Source: an uncultured bacterium (GTDB taxonomy: Bacteria > Muiribacteriota > UBA9980). Taken from it: 64,000 nt of DNA. Location of the stretch: assembly GCA_964551445.1 (NCBI GenBank), contig CAZKCG010000013.1, positions 23,358 to 87,357 on the forward strand. The letters are read 5' to 3'. Shown here piece after piece: positions 9,953 through 19,598 of this stretch. Numbering within the stretch: the first letter of the stretch is position 1; every line of letters begins with the position of its first letter. The position numbers were made by a program, and so were the translations under genes. The notes beneath the pieces were generated by a model, which worked only from the letters and a program-made list of their open reading frames with translations, was not told the DNA's origin and searched no databases.

Positions 9953-10363
9953 ATGGAAAAAATTATAATTAAAAGCACTTTCACCGAGGTTGAGGCCACC
10001 ATATCTTCTCTGGTCGAAAAGGTGCGCTGCATGGTATCCGATGATGAATTTTACTTCGATTTCAAGCTCATGCTTTCGGAGATCATGGCGAACGCCCTTA
10101 TTCACGGCAACAAGAAGGACCCGGAAAAATCAATCCTGGTTCACGCTCATATCAGCAGTGAAATGATCAAGGTCACCGTCGAGGACGAGGGCGAGGGGTT
10201 CAACGCCGACTGCGTCGCCGACCCTTCAATGCCGTCCAATCTTTCAAAGGTTTCCGGCCGCGGGATCTTTCTCGTCAGAAACCTTTCCGACTCAATGAGC
10301 TTTAATCCCAAGGGAAATTCAGTAACGTTCGAAAAGATAATATTGAGAAAAGGCAGTGTTTGA
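9953..10363 (+). CDS. stand-alone HATPase_c protein, RsbW/SpoIIAB-like anti-sigma serine kinase
   Basis: 136 aa. N-box EIMANALIHGN, G1 box VEDEGEGF, G2 box SGRGIFLVRNL. No HisKA or other domain. Confidence 0.7.
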   Translation: MEKIIIKSTFTEVEATISSLVEKVRCMVSDDEFYFDFKLMLSEIMANALIHGNKKDPEKSILVHAHISSEMIKVTVEDEGEGFNADCVADPSMPSNLSKVSGRGIFLVRNLSDSMSFNPKGNSVTFEKIILRKGSV

Positions 10364-10366
10364 AAT

Positions 10367-11788
10367 TTGAAAGCTGATCACAGGAAATACTCCCGCCATG
10401 ACCTTTCAGGCCGAAAATTTCTCGTGGCCGGGCTTCAAAAAAGCGGCCTCGAATCGGCGGTTTTTCTTCAAAAATATGGCGCCATAGTTACCGTTACCGA
10501 TACGAGGGGCGAGAGCGAACTCGCATCCGCCGTGTCGCGCCTTCGTGAGAACACTTCAAATCCGGTTAAATTCGAGCTCGGGTTTCACGATAAAAACACC
10601 TTCGCGTCCCAGGACGTTTTGATATTAAGCCCCGGAGTTCCGGCAGATTCGGAATATGTCGCGGCGGCCGTTGACGCCTGCGTGGAAGTTATTTCCGAAA
10701 TAGAATTCGCCTCATGGTTCGCGTCCGCTCCGTATCTTGCGATCACGGGCACTAACGGAAAGACTACTACCACCACTCTTTGTCACGAGATCTTAAAAAA
10801 CAGCGGCATATTCAAAAAAGTTTTCCTGGGAGGGAACATCGGAATACCTTTTATCGGTTTCGCGGATGAAACGGAGCCCGCGGATGCTATCGTTCTTGAA
10901 ATAAGCAGTTTTCAGATGGAATGGGTCGATTTTTTCGCGCCCCGCGCCGCCATGCTTTTAAATATTACCGAGGACCACCTGAACCGCCACCACACTCTTC
11001 AAAATTATATCGATATGAAAATGCGCGTCTTTAAAAATCAGAAGACCTCCGATTTCGCCGTAATAAATGCTGACGACGAGAGGGTTTTGGCCGCGTCGTC
11101 TAAAATCGGGTCGAAGATAATAAAATTCACTATAAAAAATGATGCGGATTGTGACGTTTTCGTAAAGAACGGCGTTATGTGCGCTAAATCACCGGACACC
11201 GGAAGTGTTGTCGAAATAATTTCGGCCGGCGAACTCGGTATAATCGGCCCGCACAATCTTTCGAACGCCGCCGCCGCATCCGCCATGGCTTTTTACGCGT
11301 TCGGCGTCCCCGCCGATAAAATAGCCGCGACGCTCCGCGAATTCAAGGGCGTTCATCACAGGCTCGAATTCATCGGCATGATAAAAGATATTTTGTTTTA
11401 CAATGATTCCAAAGCCACCAACGAGGACTCGACCGTCACTGCGCTTCGTTCATTTAAGACGCCGGTCAGCCTCATAGCCGGCGGCTCGGACAAAGGTTCT
11501 GATTTCAAGGCTTTCGCCGCCGCCGTAAAGGCCGCGCCGGTAAAAAAAGTTTACATAATCGGCCAGGTGTCTCAAAAAATGCGCGCCGCCCTTGAAAGTC
11601 TGGCTTTCAAAGGCGCGGTTATCTGTGAAACGCTCGAGCAGTGCGTTCGGAAAGCTTATGAAGGTTCCGTCCCCGGAGATACCGTATTACTTTCTCCTGC
11701 GTGCGCGAGTCTTGATATGTTTAAAAACTATGAGCATCGCGGAGAGGTTTTCGTCAACGAGGTAAAAAAGATCGGAGGAAGTGCTTAA
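10367..11788 (+). CDS. murD: UDP-N-acetylmuramoylalanine--D-glutamate ligase MurD
   Basis: ITGTNGKTTTT P-loop, Mur ligase layout, dcw position. The start is TTG in the track, so the exact start is uncertain. Confidence 0.88.
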   Translation: MKADHRKYSRHDLSGRKFLVAGLQKSGLESAVFLQKYGAIVTVTDTRGESELASAVSRLRENTSNPVKFELGFHDKNTFASQDVLILSPGVPADSEYVAAAVDACVEVISEIEFASWFASAPYLAITGTNGKTTTTTLCHEILKNSGIFKKVFLGGNIGIPFIGFADETEPADAIVLEISSFQMEWVDFFAPRAAMLLNITEDHLNRHHTLQNYIDMKMRVFKNQKTSDFAVINADDERVLAASSKIGSKIIKFTIKNDADCDVFVKNGVMCAKSPDTGSVVEIISAGELGIIGPHNLSNAAAASAMAFYAFGVPADKIAATLREFKGVHHRLEFIGMIKDILFYNDSKATNEDSTVTALRSFKTPVSLIAGGSDKGSDFKAFAAAVKAAPVKKVYIIGQVSQKMRAALESLAFKGAVICETLEQCVRKAYEGSVPGDTVLLSPACASLDMFKNYEHRGEVFVNEVKKIGGSA

Positions 11789-12877
11789 TTGAAGATAAAA
11801 GAGACCGGGTTCGATCTTGTACTTTTTTTAATAATAATACTTCTCGTCTGCACCGGAATAATAATGATCTATAGCAGCAGCTATTATACCGCGCTCGATA
11901 TGACGAATAAATCCGGCTTTTTTCTTCATAAACAGCTGATATCGCTCGGCCTCGGTTTCGCGGTCATGCTTTTCGTATCCCAGATAAGCTACTGGAAACT
12001 TCGAAAGATAGCCGTGCCTTTGTTCGTGATCGTTCTGATCTTGCTGGTCGTGGTGCTTTTCTGCCCGCCCAGAAACGGCGGCAGGCGCTGGATTGATCTT
12101 GGCTTTTACAGCCTGCAGCCTTCAGAGATGGCCAAGATCTCGGTCATAATAACTTTTTCAACTATTATGGCGGCGAGACAGGAGCGTATGCAGAGTTTTT
12201 CGAACGGCGTTCTTCCGTTCATCTCAATTCTTCTGGTTCTTAATCTGCTTATTCTCAAGGAACCGGATCTGGGCACCACTGCTGTCGTGACGCTGATAGG
12301 CTTTTTTCTGATGTATATAGCCAACGCCAATTTCGGCCAGCTCCTTCTGGTAATCGCCACTTTTACCGCCGGCGCATTCATGGTCATAATCAACAGCCCT
12401 TATAAAATGCAAAGGGTGATAGCCTGGTGGGACCCATATAAAGACGCGAGCGGCTCTGGTTATCACATACTTCAGTCTCTCGTGGCGGTCGGTTCCGGCG
12501 GTTTTTTCGGCGTGGGGCTTGCTCAATCAAAACAAAAATTCAGCTTTCTCCCCGAACAATATACAGATTTTATTTTCGCCATTATATGCGAGGAACTGGG
12601 TTTCATAGGCGCTCTATTTGTTATCAGCCTTTTTATAGGATTACTGTGGCGCGGAATAATGATAGCCAGGCGCGCCCCGGATCTTTTTGGTTTTTTAATG
12701 GCTTCCGGAATAGTCTTTTACGTCACCGTTCAGGCTTTTTCAAATATAAGCGTAGTTTTGAACGTTTTTCCCGTCACAGGCATACCGCTTCCTTTTATAA
12801 GTTACGGCGGGACATCTCTTCTCATAACTCTTACTTCCATGGGAATACTTCTAAACATTTCAAGATACTCAAGGTAA
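11789..12877 (+). CDS. ftsW: SEDS-family peptidoglycan glycosyltransferase FtsW
   Basis: Polytopic protein with QPSEMAKI, SFLPEQYTDFIFA and PLPFISYGGTS motifs. Its location between murD and murC argues for FtsW rather than RodA. Confidence 0.85.
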   Translation: MKIKETGFDLVLFLIIILLVCTGIIMIYSSSYYTALDMTNKSGFFLHKQLISLGLGFAVMLFVSQISYWKLRKIAVPLFVIVLILLVVVLFCPPRNGGRRWIDLGFYSLQPSEMAKISVIITFSTIMAARQERMQSFSNGVLPFISILLVLNLLILKEPDLGTTAVVTLIGFFLMYIANANFGQLLLVIATFTAGAFMVIINSPYKMQRVIAWWDPYKDASGSGYHILQSLVAVGSGGFFGVGLAQSKQKFSFLPEQYTDFIFAIICEELGFIGALFVISLFIGLLWRGIMIARRAPDLFGFLMASGIVFYVTVQAFSNISVVLNVFPVTGIPLPFISYGGTSLLITLTSMGILLNISRYSR

Positions 12878-12897
12878 AGGCCCGAAAGCTCTTTTTT

Positions 12898-12919
12898 AAA
12901 AATCCGGCTGCGGGTTTTT
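12898..12919 (+). terminator. weak hairpin plus T-tract after ftsW
   Basis: aaaaatccg-gctg-cgggttttt: 3 G-C pairs, one G-U pair and A-U extensions, followed by a T run. Weak stem. Confidence 0.25.
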
Positions 12920-12950
12920 CAACTAAATATCAGAAAATAATATTTACTTG

Positions 12951-12979
12951 TTGCAAATAAAATCTTTATGGGGTAAAAT
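12951..12979 (+). promoter_or_regulatory. sigma-70-like promoter TTGCAA-17 nt-TAAAAT upstream of murC
   Basis: TTGCAA at 12951-12956 and TAAAAT at 12974-12979. An RBS (gaagggaga) lies ~12 nt before ATG 13043. Confidence 0.35.
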
Positions 12980-13042
12980 GTATTTAAATTTTTTATATGC
13001 TTTTTATCGCTTTCACTTCTGAAGGGAGAAACTTACATAGAT

Positions 13043-14449
13043 ATGGATAAGACCAGATATATTCATTTTATTGGTATAGGCGGGACCGCAATGAGCGGCA
13101 TCGCTCAGGTTTTAGTCGAGTTAGGCTATAAAATATCCGGTTCGGACATAAAAACCAATAATAACACGCGAAACCTTCAGAAAAGAGGCGCGAAGATATT
13201 TACCGGACATAAATCCGAGAATTTCGCCGGGCTCGATATAGGCGCCGTGGTCGTTTCTACCGCTATCCCTGAAGATAATCCCGAGATACTTTCGGCGCGC
13301 GAACACAATATTCCGATATACCGCCGCGCGGAGATACTTGGTTACATACTCAACAATAAATACGGCATAGCCGTTTCCGGCACCCATGGGAAAACGACCA
13401 CCACATCAATGGTTTCAATGCTTATGGATTCCTATAAGCTGAACCCGACCGTTATCGTCGGCGGGGAAGTATGCGATTTCGGCGGAAACGCCAAACTCGG
13501 CTCCGGAACTTATACCGTCGTCGAGGCCGACGAGTCCGACTCGTCGTTTCTTTATCTTTCGCCCCAGGTCATAATCGCCACCAATATCGAAGAAGATCAT
13601 CTCGATTATTATACCGACCTCAAACAGATAAAAGAAGCTTTCGTTAAATTCTTTAATAAATTAAAGGCTAACGGCGCCATAGTATGCTGCATCGACAATG
13701 AGAACGTAAGAAGCGTCATCAGCAAAATGCCGAAGTGCAATATCCTTACTTACGGCGTTGATGAAGCCAATAAACCGGACTTTCTCATAACCGACATCCG
13801 CCAGGGCGGAATGGGAGTTTCATTCGAAATTAAAACCCGTCAGAAATCCCTGGGCCGCTTCAAACTTAACGTTCCAGGCATTCACAACGCGTTGAACGCC
13901 ACCGCGGCCATAATCGTCTGCAATAAACTTTTAGACATACCGGCGGATTTTCTGAGGGAGAGCCTTCCTCTTTTCAGCGGCGTAGTAAGGCGTTTTCAGC
14001 TGATAGGCGAGGTCAACGGGATATCCGTGATCGACGATTACGCCCATCATCCGACGGAAATAGACGCCGTTTTAAATACCGCCAGAAATTCATTTGATAA
14101 GCGCATAATAGCTATCTTTCAGCCGCACCGTTTTTCACGGACGCGTTATTTCTACGATCAGATGGCGGACGCTTTGAACCACGCCGACGTCGTTATACTT
14201 ACCGATATTTACGCTGCTTCCGAGAAGCCGATATCAGGCGTTTCCTCGGAACTGATCTTAAATTCTCTTAAGCGTCTCGGGAAATCCGACTCCATAATAA
14301 TAAACGATATCAAAAATGTCCCGGTCTATGCCGCGTCGATCGCCCGAAGCAATGATTTTATATTCACCATAGGAGCCGGCGACGTTACATCGATCTCGAC
14401 GGATATTGTTAAAAGACTTAAAGATAAATATGCGGTGAGGCCGTTATAA
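13043..14449 (+). CDS. murC: UDP-N-acetylmuramate--L-alanine ligase MurC
   Basis: IHFIGIGGTAMSGIA, VSGTHGKTTTTS, DDYAHHPTE. Confidence 0.92.
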   Translation: MDKTRYIHFIGIGGTAMSGIAQVLVELGYKISGSDIKTNNNTRNLQKRGAKIFTGHKSENFAGLDIGAVVVSTAIPEDNPEILSAREHNIPIYRRAEILGYILNNKYGIAVSGTHGKTTTTSMVSMLMDSYKLNPTVIVGGEVCDFGGNAKLGSGTYTVVEADESDSSFLYLSPQVIIATNIEEDHLDYYTDLKQIKEAFVKFFNKLKANGAIVCCIDNENVRSVISKMPKCNILTYGVDEANKPDFLITDIRQGGMGVSFEIKTRQKSLGRFKLNVPGIHNALNATAAIIVCNKLLDIPADFLRESLPLFSGVVRRFQLIGEVNGISVIDDYAHHPTEIDAVLNTARNSFDKRIIAIFQPHRFSRTRYFYDQMADALNHADVVILTDIYAASEKPISGVSSELILNSLKRLGKSDSIIINDIKNVPVYAASIARSNDFIFTIGAGDVTSISTDIVKRLKDKYAVRPL

Positions 14450-14457
14450 AAAAGTTC

Positions 14458-14486
14458 TTGTAAATATGAATTATTAATGATATAAT
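14458..14486 (+). promoter_or_regulatory. sigma-70-like promoter TTGTAA-17 nt-(TGa)TATAAT upstream of ftsQ
   Basis: TTGTAA at 14458-14463. TATAAT at 14481-14486, preceded by TGa (extended -10). Confidence 0.35.
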
Positions 14487-14607
14487 AATCATCAAATTTT
14501 ACGATAGTGTACCTTTCAAATTAAGCACGTTCAACATATTTTATTTTGTAATTAACTCTTAAAAACTATGTTTTTTTTGAGTTGTTGCGTTTTTTACAAA
14601 GGTTTAA

Positions 14608-15390
14608 ATGTTTGTGTATGATTTTTCGATAAAAAAGTGGTCCGGTTTCAAGAAGGCATTAAGATTTTCACGCAATTTTTTGTGTTGGTCTTTTACTTTT
14701 GAATTACTTGGGCTGGCCAATTGGGAATTTAAGTACCTAATATATGAAACTTCGTACTTTGAACTCAAAAAGATCTCGATAGAAGGAAACATAACGGTAG
14801 ACAAGGAAACCATAATAAAACTCTCGAATTTTAAGCTCTCTGAAAATTTTCTGAAAATGGATTACGCTCTGGCGGAAAAGAAGCTTTCGCTTCATCCGAA
14901 ATTTAAAAGCGTCGATATTTCAACCGAAGGCATCGGAGAAGTATTGATAAAGGTAACGGAACGCGAAGGCATTCTTCTGGTTTTAAGCGACCTTGGCTTT
15001 TACGAACTTGACAGTGAAGGTTACATACTTTCCGTCAATAACAGGAACGTCCGGGTCGATCTTCCGGTATTGACGGGGTGTCAGATGCCCGTTAAAACCG
15101 TCGGATCGTCAATAAAAGCGGACGCTAAAATAAAAAGCGTTATTAACTGGGTTATAAACCTCGAGCCGTCTTATCTGACGAATATATCAGAGATATCGCT
15201 CAGCGGAAGCGAGCTTTTGTTGATAACCAACGACGGTATCAAAATATATCCGGGCAGCACCGCGAACTTCAAGAATAATTTCGAGCTGCTGAACGTAGTG
15301 TTCAACAAGTTCAGAAAAGACGGCATTCAAATAAGTTACGTCGATATGCGCTTTAATAATGAGGTCGTTGTTAAACCGATAACAAATTAA
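14608..15390 (+). CDS. ftsQ: cell division protein FtsQ (transmembrane helix, POTRA and FtsQ domains)
   Basis: N-terminal hydrophobic segment, then a POTRA-like block (FELKKISIEGNITVDKETIIKLSNFKLSENFLKMDYALAEKKLSLHPKFKSVDIS). Position immediately upstream of ftsA. Confidence 0.75.
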   Translation: MFVYDFSIKKWSGFKKALRFSRNFLCWSFTFELLGLANWEFKYLIYETSYFELKKISIEGNITVDKETIIKLSNFKLSENFLKMDYALAEKKLSLHPKFKSVDISTEGIGEVLIKVTEREGILLVLSDLGFYELDSEGYILSVNNRNVRVDLPVLTGCQMPVKTVGSSIKADAKIKSVINWVINLEPSYLTNISEISLSGSELLLITNDGIKIYPGSTANFKNNFELLNVVFNKFRKDGIQISYVDMRFNNEVVVKPITN

Positions 15391-15428
15391 TTTTAAAATA
15401 AGTTTTTTATAAAGGGAAAAATTATTAA

Positions 15429-16664
15429 ATGTCAAAAGACGGTTTACTCGTCGGGCTCGACGTGGGTTCGACAAAGGTTACTATCGTAGTAGGCGAAGCG
15501 GCTGAAAACAATGAAATATATATACTCGGCTCCGGAATCGCGGCATCCACCGGTATTAAGAAAGGCATGATCGTCAACATCGAAGAGACGATAGCCGCTA
15601 TTGAAAGCGTCATAGCCGACGCCGAACATATAGCTGACGTGGATATAGACACCGTTTACGTAAGTATCGGCGGATACCATATCCAGGGCCAGAATACCCG
15701 CGGAAGGATAGTTATTCCGCCGGCCCAGAAAGAGATAACCGCCGACGACAAGATCCGGGTACAGGAAGCGGCCAGGGCGGTCCAGCTTTCGCCCAACACG
15801 GAAATATTGCATGTATTGCCCGAAGAATATAAAGTGGACGATCAGGACGGAATAATCGATCCGATCGGAATGACCGGGTCGCAGCTTGAGGTCGGGGCCC
15901 ATGTTATAACGGGTTCAACCCCTTCGCTTCGCAACCTTCAAAAAAGCGTACGCGGGGCCGGCCTGAAAATAAAAGAAATGATCTTTGAAGCGATCGCTTC
16001 CTGTGAAGCGGTTTTAACGCCTGATGAAAAAGAACTCGGAGTGGTTTTGGTCGATTTCGGCGGCGGCACGACGGACGTGGTCATCTATATAGGCGGCTAC
16101 ATCCGCCATTCGATAGTGCTTCCGCTCGGCTCCGCACATATCACCTCCGATATCTCCATCGGGCTTCGCACTTCAGCGCAGGAGGCCGAAAAACTTAAGG
16201 TTAAACACGGGCTCGTGTGGAGCGAAGGCGCAGACCTCGAAGAAAAACTGACGGTTCAGAACGCCGGAAATGACGGCACCCGCCAGATAGATTCCCGCCA
16301 GATCTTCGAGATCATAGAACCGAGAATGGAAGAAATATTTAACATGGTCAAAGACGAGATAAGAAATTCAGGGTGCGCTGCGGGCGTTCCTGCGGGCGTT
16401 GTTTTGACAGGCGGCGGCGCTCTTTTATGCGGAGCCCAGAAATTCGCTGAAAAGCTGCTAGAGATGCCTGTGCGGATCGGAAAACCATCGAATATCAGCG
16501 GGCTGGTTGAAAAAGTTAACGGCCCCGCCTACTCATCATGTATCGGGCTTTTGGCCCACGCGATGAGGCAGCACAATCACCCGAAGCATTCTTTTATTCA
16601 GTCCAACAGCGTATTTGACAGCTTTTCGAACTGGATCAAGAGTTTTTTTAAAGATGTTTTTTAA
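15429..16664 (+). CDS. ftsA: cell division protein FtsA (actin-like ATPase)
   Basis: LLVGLDVGSTKVTIVVGE, VLVDFGGGTTDV, VVLTGGGALL. Confidence 0.92.
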   Translation: MSKDGLLVGLDVGSTKVTIVVGEAAENNEIYILGSGIAASTGIKKGMIVNIEETIAAIESVIADAEHIADVDIDTVYVSIGGYHIQGQNTRGRIVIPPAQKEITADDKIRVQEAARAVQLSPNTEILHVLPEEYKVDDQDGIIDPIGMTGSQLEVGAHVITGSTPSLRNLQKSVRGAGLKIKEMIFEAIASCEAVLTPDEKELGVVLVDFGGGTTDVVIYIGGYIRHSIVLPLGSAHITSDISIGLRTSAQEAEKLKVKHGLVWSEGADLEEKLTVQNAGNDGTRQIDSRQIFEIIEPRMEEIFNMVKDEIRNSGCAAGVPAGVVLTGGGALLCGAQKFAEKLLEMPVRIGKPSNISGLVEKVNGPAYSSCIGLLAHAMRQHNHPKHSFIQSNSVFDSFSNWIKSFFKDVF

Positions 16665-16779
16665 TTTTAATATATATTTTTCCGGAGTACTTTAATTCTT
16701 TTATATAATATTGACAGATACCAGCCGCGAAACAGGGCCAAATGCCCTTGTTTTCAAAGTATTAAAGGAGGAGTTTTTG

Positions 16780-17859
16780 ATGTTCGAGTTTGACGCAATG
16801 GAACAGGTTGCCGATATCAAGGTAATTGGCGTGGGCGGCGGTGGTTCCAATGCTATCAACCGTATGATAAACGCCGGTGTTACCGGGGTTGAATTCATAT
16901 CCACAAATACTGACGCTCAGGCGCTTGTGCTCTCTAATGCCAAGCTTAAGATACAGATAGGCGACAAACTTACCAAGGGCTTAGGCGCTGGCGCCAACGC
17001 CCAGATAGGCATGAAAGCGGCCGAAGAGGACCGCGATAAGATCGGCGAAGTTTTAGACGGAGCCGACATGGTCTTCATAACCGCCGGAATGGGCGGCGGC
17101 ACAGGCACGGGCGCGGCTCCGGTCGTTGCCGAGATAGCTAAAACCGCAGGCGCTCTCACCGTAGCCGTCGTTACGAAGCCTTTCACATTTGAAGGCAGAA
17201 GAAGACAGGCTCAGGCCGAGGAAGGCATAAAAAATCTCAAGTCGAAGGTCGACACGATAATCGTGATACCTAACGACAGGCTTCTTCAGGTCGTCGATCA
17301 GCACACTTCGATGATCGACGCTTTCAAGATCGCCGACGACATACTGCGTCAGGGCGTTCAGGGCATATCGGACCTTATAACCATACCTGGCCTTGTCAAC
17401 CTTGATTTCGCGGATGTTAAAACGATCATGACCGAAGCCGGATCAGCTATGATGGGTATCGGCATTGGCACCGGCGAGAACAGGGCCACATCGGCCGCCG
17501 AAGCCGCCATATCAAGTCCGCTTCTTGAAAGCACCATCGAAGGCGCCAGGGGCGTTCTCATAAATATCACCGGCGGTCCGGACCTTTCGCTTTACGAGAT
17601 CAACAAGGCGTGCGAGATCATCTATAACGACGCCGCTCCCGACGCCAACATCATTTTCGGCGCGGTGGTCAACGAAGATATCAAGGATGAGATCCGTATA
17701 ACCGTAATAGCTACGGGTTTCAACGCCGAAGAAAAAGTAGCCGTTCCCGAAAAAGAAAAAATAATAACCAATATCAAGACCGGACCGAAGGTAATATCGA
17801 ATCCGCCTGATGACGAGATCGATATCCCCGCTTTCTTAAGAAAACACAAAAAATCTTAA
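16780..17859 (+). CDS. ftsZ: cell division GTPase FtsZ
   Basis: [17 protein letters not shown] and the tubulin signature [14 protein letters not shown] prefer ATG 16780, which has the RBS aaggaggag at 16765-16773, over the track start 16711. Confidence 0.95.
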   Translation: MFEFDAMEQVADIKVIGVGGGGSNAINRMINAGVTGVEFISTNTDAQALVLSNAKLKIQIGDKLTKGLGAGANAQIGMKAAEEDRDKIGEVLDGADMVFITAGMGGGTGTGAAPVVAEIAKTAGALTVAVVTKPFTFEGRRRQAQAEEGIKNLKSKVDTIIVIPNDRLLQVVDQHTSMIDAFKIADDILRQGVQGISDLITIPGLVNLDFADVKTIMTEAGSAMMGIGIGTGENRATSAAEAAISSPLLESTIEGARGVLINITGGPDLSLYEINKACEIIYNDAAPDANIIFGAVVNEDIKDEIRITVIATGFNAEEKVAVPEKEKIITNIKTGPKVISNPPDDEIDIPAFLRKHKKS

Positions 17860-17899
17860 TGGATACGGTTTTAAAATAAATTCTATTTTTGATATAAAT

Positions 17900-17941
17900 A
17901 AAGGCGCGATCGTTAAAAAACGCAACGCGCCTTTATTTTTA
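17900..17941 (+). terminator. rho-independent terminator closing the dcw cluster
   Basis: Stem aaaggcgcg (17900-17908) pairs with cgcgccttt (17926-17934), followed by atttttag. Confidence 0.7.
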
Positions 17942-17954
17942 GGTCTAATAATAT

Positions 17955-19598
17955 ATGGATTACCGTTTCGAGCTCGCCATAAGATCAAGAAAAAACAGAG
18001 AAACTCACATGCTCGCCCCTTCCGGCGGGCATATACGCGTTTGCGCGGCGTATCCCAATATTTATGAAATAGCCATGTCCTCGCTTGGATTTCAATATTT
18101 ATACGCGAAATTGAACGAGGAAACCGAGTTTGCGGTTGAACGCGTGTTCCTGCCCGAAAAAAAAGCTGAAAAACTCGTAATGTCCAAATATCTTCCTTCT
18201 TTTGAAACTTCCACTCCTCTCGTTAATTTTAATGTAATAGCCTTCACACTCTCCTATGAAACGGATTTCATAAACGTTTTAAAGATGCTCAAAATGGCCC
18301 ATATCCCGCTCAGAGCCAAGGACAGGCTCGGCGACGACTATCCGCTTATAATATGCGGCGGCCCGGCCGCGCTTCAAAACATCATTCCGATCTCTGAGGT
18401 TTTCGACGTCTTCGCGCTTGGAAGCGGCGAGATAACGATCCCGAAATTCGCGGCGGCCTATTGCGATACTCTGAAAAATTCCGGCGCGAAAAAGGTCCGC
18501 GACGCCCACCGGCTTTTAATTGACCGGCTTTCAGAACAGGATAATTTTCTGTGCGGCGGCCGGCTCGCTAACATGAGCAGAGATACTATGGTCGGGGTGG
18601 GCCTTGCGGCAAGCCCTGACTTCGCCCGAAGCGTCATTCTGACCCCTGACACCAATTTCTCGTCACGCGCTCTTATAGAGGTCCAGCGCGGGTGCGTAAG
18701 AAGGTGCCGATTCTGTATGGTAGGAAGCTGTTACGGGAAGTTCCGTCCCGCGTCTTTTGAAACGATCGCGGCCTACGTCGAAGCTGCGTCCGTCCACACA
18801 AAAAAGTTCGGCCTTATGGGGCCGGCGGTTTCATCGCACCCTGATATCGAAAAATTATATTCGTTTTTCAAGGACCGCGGGTTCGACGTTTCGATGTCGT
18901 CCGTTTATATCGAGGAAATGAGCCGTGAAGCGCTCGAACTGGTAGCCGGAAATTCGCAGCGCAATATAACCGCCGGCATCGAAAGCGCGGATTATGAGAT
19001 CAGAAAACTCGCGGGAAAGGCGCTGCCCGAGGCCGCGCTCTTTCAAAGCTTCGCCAGGGCCGCCGAATGCGGTTTTAAAAACTTCAAGATCTATCTCATA
19101 CTCGGCTTATATGATTATTTCGGAAAAGATCCCGCCGGCGAGGCCGCCGACACCGCTGAATTCATAGAGCGGGCCGCGGCGTTCTTAAAGAACCGATCTT
19201 CCGACTGCACGGTCCGGGTCTCCATAAATCCGCTGGTCATAAAGCCGCGCACGCCATTTTTCGAGGGCAAAGGCGCCGCTCCGGGTTTTTTCGAAAGATA
19301 CCGCTCAGCCTCGTATATCGATGAACTTGAATATAGATATAAGAGCATCCAGGCCTCTCTTAAAAACATAACTAACGTTGAATTTTCCGAAAAAAGCTTT
19401 TCTGAAGCGAAACTTTTAAAGCTGATAACCGATTGCACGCTTAATTTATTTGACTTTTTCGATGATTTTTTTTATAATGAGAGCTATTCGACGAGAAGGA
19501 TAATAAAGATAATGGAGGATGTCCGCAAAGACCGGGCGTTCGACATTTTCGAAGTTAAAAACAAGCTTTTCACGGTCGAACTCAAAGAGGAACAATGA
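17955..19598 (+). CDS. radical SAM protein, large B12-binding-like/TIGR03960-like class
   Basis: CxxxCxxC cluster motif in EVQRGCVRRCRFCMVGSCYG. The N-terminal IRVCAAYPNIYEIAMSSLGFQYLY is typical of this radical SAM subgroup. Confidence 0.7.
   Translation: MDYRFELAIRSRKNRETHMLAPSGGHIRVCAAYPNIYEIAMSSLGFQYLYAKLNEETEFAVERVFLPEKKAEKLVMSKYLPSFETSTPLVNFNVIAFTLSYETDFINVLKMLKMAHIPLRAKDRLGDDYPLIICGGPAALQNIIPISEVFDVFALGSGEITIPKFAAAYCDTLKNSGAKKVRDAHRLLIDRLSEQDNFLCGGRLANMSRDTMVGVGLAASPDFARSVILTPDTNFSSRALIEVQRGCVRRCRFCMVGSCYGKFRPASFETIAAYVEAASVHTKKFGLMGPAVSSHPDIEKLYSFFKDRGFDVSMSSVYIEEMSREALELVAGNSQRNITAGIESADYEIRKLAGKALPEAALFQSFARAAECGFKNFKIYLILGLYDYFGKDPAGEAADTAEFIERAAAFLKNRSSDCTVRVSINPLVIKPRTPFFEGKGAAPGFFERYRSASYIDELEYRYKSIQASLKNITNVEFSEKSFSEAKLLKLITDCTLNLFDFFDDFFYNESYSTRRIIKIMEDVRKDRAFDIFEVKNKLFTVELKEEQ

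Noticed and set aside
12586-12960. 124-aa plus-strand ORF spanning the ftsW 3' end and the ftsW-murC spacer. I considered it as a possible degenerate murG remnant.
   Set aside because: It is in a different frame from ftsW and overlaps it. The product is Arg/Phe-rich with no glycosyltransferase (GT28) motif. The spacer is too short to be a murG pseudogene.
14559-14574. The identical 16-mer ttaaaaactatgtttt occurs upstream of ftsQ (14559-14574) and upstream of the TolB-like gene (63276-63291), so it might be a shared regulatory motif.
   Set aside because: One shared 16-mer in 64 kb of sequence with AT-rich intergenic regions is close to chance expectation. The distances to the two start codons differ (about 35 nt versus about 70 nt), and there is no dyad symmetry.
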